From Limisphaerales bacterium (lineage in GTDB: Bacteria; Verrucomicrobiota; Verrucomicrobiia; Limisphaerales; UBA11358), in the NCBI GenBank assembly GCA_027451565.1, contig DAIDJC010000003.1, forward strand, positions 1 through 38,410: a stretch of 38,410 nucleotides of DNA, written 5' to 3'. Every line of letters begins with the position of its first letter. The first letter of the stretch is position 1. This document shows, in pieces, positions 36,010 through 38,410 of this stretch. The notes under the pieces are model-generated. The model had not been told where the DNA came from. It saw only the letters and a list, made by a program, of their open reading frames with translations, and made no database searches. A program made the translations under genes and the position numbers.

Positions 36010-36037
36010 GATGTGTAACGGTTGAATGTTGAATTGC

Positions 36038-37222
36038 TTAGTTAAGTTTGAGTGCCTTCTGCAGGGCTTTGACCTTGTCTGTCTTTTCCCAGGTGATATC
36101 AGGATCGTTTTTGCCAAAATGCCCGTAGTTGGTGGTCTTGCGATAAATGGGGCGAAGCAAATTCAGTTGCTTGATGATGTTGGCTGGCTTGAAGCTGAAG
36201 ACTTCCCGAACGGCGTTTTCGATCTGCAAATCCGTGATGCCTTCCACCGCTGTGCCAAAGGTGTTCACACACACGCTGACCGGCTCAGGATAACCAATGG
36301 CGTAGGCGAACTGGATTTCCGCGCTGGAAGCGGCGCCCGAAGCCACGATGTTTTTGGCCACCCAGCGGCCCATGTAGGCTGCGCTGCGATCCACTTTGCT
36401 GGGGTCTTTCCCTGAGAAAGCACCTCCCCCATGCCGTCCCATGCCGCCATAGCTGTCCACAATGATTTTACGCCCCGTCAATCCGGTGTCTCCCTGGGGT
36501 CCCCCGACAACGAAACGACCGGTGGGGTTGATTAAAAATTGCGTCTTTTTAGTGAGCATCTCCCTGGGCAGCATTTTTTTGATGATTTGCTCAATGCAAA
36601 ACTCCTTGATGGTCCTGTGGCTCACGCTCTCGGCATGCTGGGTCGAAATAACCACATTGGTGATCTCCACCGGCTGGTCCTCGACGTATTTCACGGAGAC
36701 CTGAGACTTGGCGTCGGGCCGGAGCCAAGCCACCTTTCCGCTCTTGCGCACGCGGGTCAATTCCCGGCCCAATTGATGGGCAAACATGATCGGCGCCGGC
36801 ATCAACTCGGGAGTCTCATTGCAGGCATAGCCAAACATCAGACCCTGGTCGCCAGCCCCTTGCTCCGCTGTTTCCTTGCCATCCGCCGCCCGGGCATCCA
36901 CGCCCCGCTTGATGTCCTCGGACTGCCGGGTGACGGCGTTCATAATCAACACCTTGTCTGCATGAAACACGTCATCATCATTCACGTAGCCGATCTCTCG
37001 GATGGCATCGCGCGCAATCGCATTAAAATCCAGCTTGGCCCGGGTGGTGATCTCCCCGCCCACGACCACTAGATTGGATTTGGCATAAGTTTCGCATGCC
37101 ACACGACTGTTTTTATCCTGTGCCAGACACGCATCCAATACATAATCAGATATTGTGTCGCAAACCTTGTCAGGATGACCCTCGCCAACAGACTCAGATG
37201 AAAAGATAAAATTTTTGCTCAT
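36038..37222 (-). CDS. metK: S-adenosylmethionine synthetase
   Basis: 394 aa. [46 protein letters not shown] and [19 protein letters not shown]. Confidence 0.95.
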   Translation of the reverse strand: MSKNFIFSSESVGEGHPDKVCDTISDYVLDACLAQDKNSRVACETYAKSNLVVVGGEITTRAKLDFNAIARDAIREIGYVNDDDVFHADKVLIMNAVTRQSEDIKRGVDARAADGKETAEQGAGDQGLMFGYACNETPELMPAPIMFAHQLGRELTRVRKSGKVAWLRPDAKSQVSVKYVEDQPVEITNVVISTQHAESVSHRTIKEFCIEQIIKKMLPREMLTKKTQFLINPTGRFVVGGPQGDTGLTGRKIIVDSYGGMGRHGGGAFSGKDPSKVDRSAAYMGRWVAKNIVASGAASSAEIQFAYAIGYPEPVSVCVNTFGTAVEGITDLQIENAVREVFSFKPANIIKQLNLLRPIYRKTTNYGHFGKNDPDITWEKTDKVKALQKALKLN

Positions 37223-37248
37223 GGATGAATATCGGTTAAAACCACATA

Positions 37249-37294
37249 TTGACGTATCATGATATCATGATATATAGTTTTTCGAGCAGGTCAA
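37249..37294. promoter_or_regulatory. overlapping divergent sigma70-like promoters for metK (minus) and the sahR-like gene (plus)
   Basis: Minus strand: TTGACC (complement of 37289-37294), a 16-nt spacer, then TATCAT (complement of 37267-37272), about 40 nt upstream of the metK ATG. Plus strand: TTGACG (37249-37254), a 16-nt spacer, then TATATA (37271-37276). This is a pattern match only. Confidence 0.4.
37255..37272. promoter_or_regulatory. perfect 18-bp palindrome TATCATGATATCATGATA, candidate SahR-type operator
   Basis: The sequence is its own reverse complement. It covers the metK -10 and the spacer of the plus-strand promoter. It lies between metK-ahcY and an ArsR-HTH/methyltransferase fusion gene. 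Confidence 0.55.
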
Positions 37295-37477
37295 ATAAAA
37301 ATTTCTCATTGTAGCAGGCCCGCTGTCTGTTTGTGGTTGTCAGGTTGTTTTCACCTTTAGCAGCGGGAAGACCAGTGGCTGCGGAGGGTGGAATCCTCCG
37401 GTCGGTCTCAGAGAAGCAAACCGACCGGGTCAGATTGAGTTTGGTGAGGAATCCATGATGTCATTTCAATTGTTACC

Positions 37478-38410
37478 ATGCCAATAATTTTAAAATCTTT
37501 GCGGGCATTGTCTGATCCGACACGGCTTCGGATCATGGCATTGCTGGAGCGGGACGAACTCTCAGTGCATGAGCTTCAGGAGGTGACGCGCCTGGGTCAA
37601 TCGCGCATTTCCACGCATCTTGGGCTTTTGCAGGAGGCTGGGATGGTGCAATCACGCCGTGAAGGGAAGCGGACGTTTTACAAGCTGGGTTCCGGGGATG
37701 AAGGCGGGGTATCTGAGTTCATTCGCCTTGCCATCAGGGGTGCGTGTGAATTGCCGGAGCACTCTCATGATCAGATCAACCTGAAGCGCATTCTGGCACG
37801 GCGCGAGGAACAGGCCCAAGTGTATTTCAACCAGGTGGCGGGGCGATTTGACAGGGTGTATGGGCCTGGGCGTTCATGGCAGGCATTTGGCCATTTATTA
37901 TTGCGGATGCTACCTCATGTGGTGGTGGCCGACCTGGGAGCCGGAGAGGGTCTTTTGGCGGAATTGCTTGCGCGGAGGGCCAGACGGGTTATTGCGGTGG
38001 ATAACTCTGAAAAAATCGTGGAATTCGGGGCCGCAAAAGCCCTGAGGAACGGGCTTAAAAACCTGGAATTCCGATTGGGCAACCTGCAGCATCCGCCCAT
38101 TGAGCCGAATAGCGTGGACGTGGTGATTTTAAGCCAGGCCCTGCACCATGCAGAAAATCCGGCGGCAGCGCTGGTGGCGGCGCATGGCATCCTCAAAAAA
38201 GAGGGTCAAATCCTTATTTTGGATTTATTGAAACATCAATTTGGCAGGGCGGAAGAATTGTATGGTGACCGTTGGCCGGGTTTTACGGAGGGTGATTTGC
38301 ATCATTGGCTGGAGCAGGCCGGGTTTAAAAAAATCGAGGTCAGCATCGTGGCCCGGGAGGACCAACCGCCTCATTTTCAAACCATCCTGGCTTCAGGCGA
38401 GAAGGGTTAA
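37478..38410 (+). CDS. sahR: ArsR/SmtB-type winged-helix regulator fused to a class I SAM-methyltransferase-like domain (SahR-like SAH-responsive repressor candidate)
   Basis: 310 aa. N-terminus: LSDPTRLRIMALLERDELSVHELQEVTRLGQSRISTHLGLLQEAGMV. C-terminus: VADLGAGEGLL (motif I), VIAVDNS, VDVVILSQALHH. It is transcribed divergently from metK-ahcY. The stop TAA falls on the last three bases of the window. Confidence 0.7.
   Translation: MPIILKSLRALSDPTRLRIMALLERDELSVHELQEVTRLGQSRISTHLGLLQEAGMVQSRREGKRTFYKLGSGDEGGVSEFIRLAIRGACELPEHSHDQINLKRILARREEQAQVYFNQVAGRFDRVYGPGRSWQAFGHLLLRMLPHVVVADLGAGEGLLAELLARRARRVIAVDNSEKIVEFGAAKALRNGLKNLEFRLGNLQHPPIEPNSVDVVILSQALHHAENPAAALVAAHGILKKEGQILILDLLKHQFGRAEELYGDRWPGFTEGDLHHWLEQAGFKKIEVSIVAREDQPPHFQTILASGEKG

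Noticed and set aside
37223-37266. A SAM or SAH riboswitch in the metK 5' leader.
   Set aside because: The leader from the predicted promoter is only about 40 nt and AT-rich. I could not recognise any SAM-I/II/V, SAM-SAH or SAH riboswitch core. Control by the adjacent SahR-like protein fits better.
37455-37487. A 10-codon upstream ORF (MMSFQLLPCQ) overlapping the sahR-like start codon.
   Set aside because: It is too short and unsupported, and there is no conservation information. I note it only as a possibility.
1-38410. A scan of the whole window for CRISPR arrays, tRNA/rRNA genes, transposases/integrases, toxin-antitoxin pairs and defence-island gene types.
   Set aside because: I recognised nothing of these kinds. 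The intergenic regions are short and every sizeable ORF is explained by metabolic, envelope or housekeeping families. The window looks like core chromosome rather than an accessory island.

Overview
GC-rich chromosomal window with no mobile elements. Its gene content looks like the PVC superphylum (Verrucomicrobiota/Planctomycetota-like), but that is inference from gene families only. I support about 37 protein genes, one of which (ahcY) is frameshifted. I could not recognise any rRNA, tRNA, CRISPR array, transposase or integrase. The centrepiece is a complete ten-gene bacterial microcompartment (BMC) operon on the minus strand (6512-13207). In transcription order it encodes a PduL-type phosphotransacylase, 2 BMC-H, acetate kinase, BMC-H, BMC-P, an acylating aldehyde dehydrogenase, 2 BMC-P and a class II aldolase, with a divergent DeoR regulator. 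This matches the already described PVM-type fucose/rhamnose metabolosome, so the system type is not new, although several details of this copy are worth checking. The second notable locus is at the right edge: metK-ahcY faces an ArsR-HTH/methyltransferase fusion (SahR-like). A perfect 18-bp palindrome sits on two overlapping, divergently firing promoters between them, and ahcY carries a 1-nt frame disruption. The remaining genes are housekeeping or envelope functions: clpB, tatA/tatC, ispE, scpA/scpB, a GH57 branching enzyme with its DUF4912 partner, a GldA/F/G-like ABC system plus DUF4340, an M42 peptidase, an SDR, a GH39 plus CE2-like glycan pair, two receiver-domain proteins and a B12/radical-SAM protein. 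Many long ORFs in the track are antisense artefacts of the high GC content and were rejected. I see no convincing evidence for an entirely undescribed multi-gene system. All family calls come from reading motifs by eye and need HMM or BLAST confirmation.
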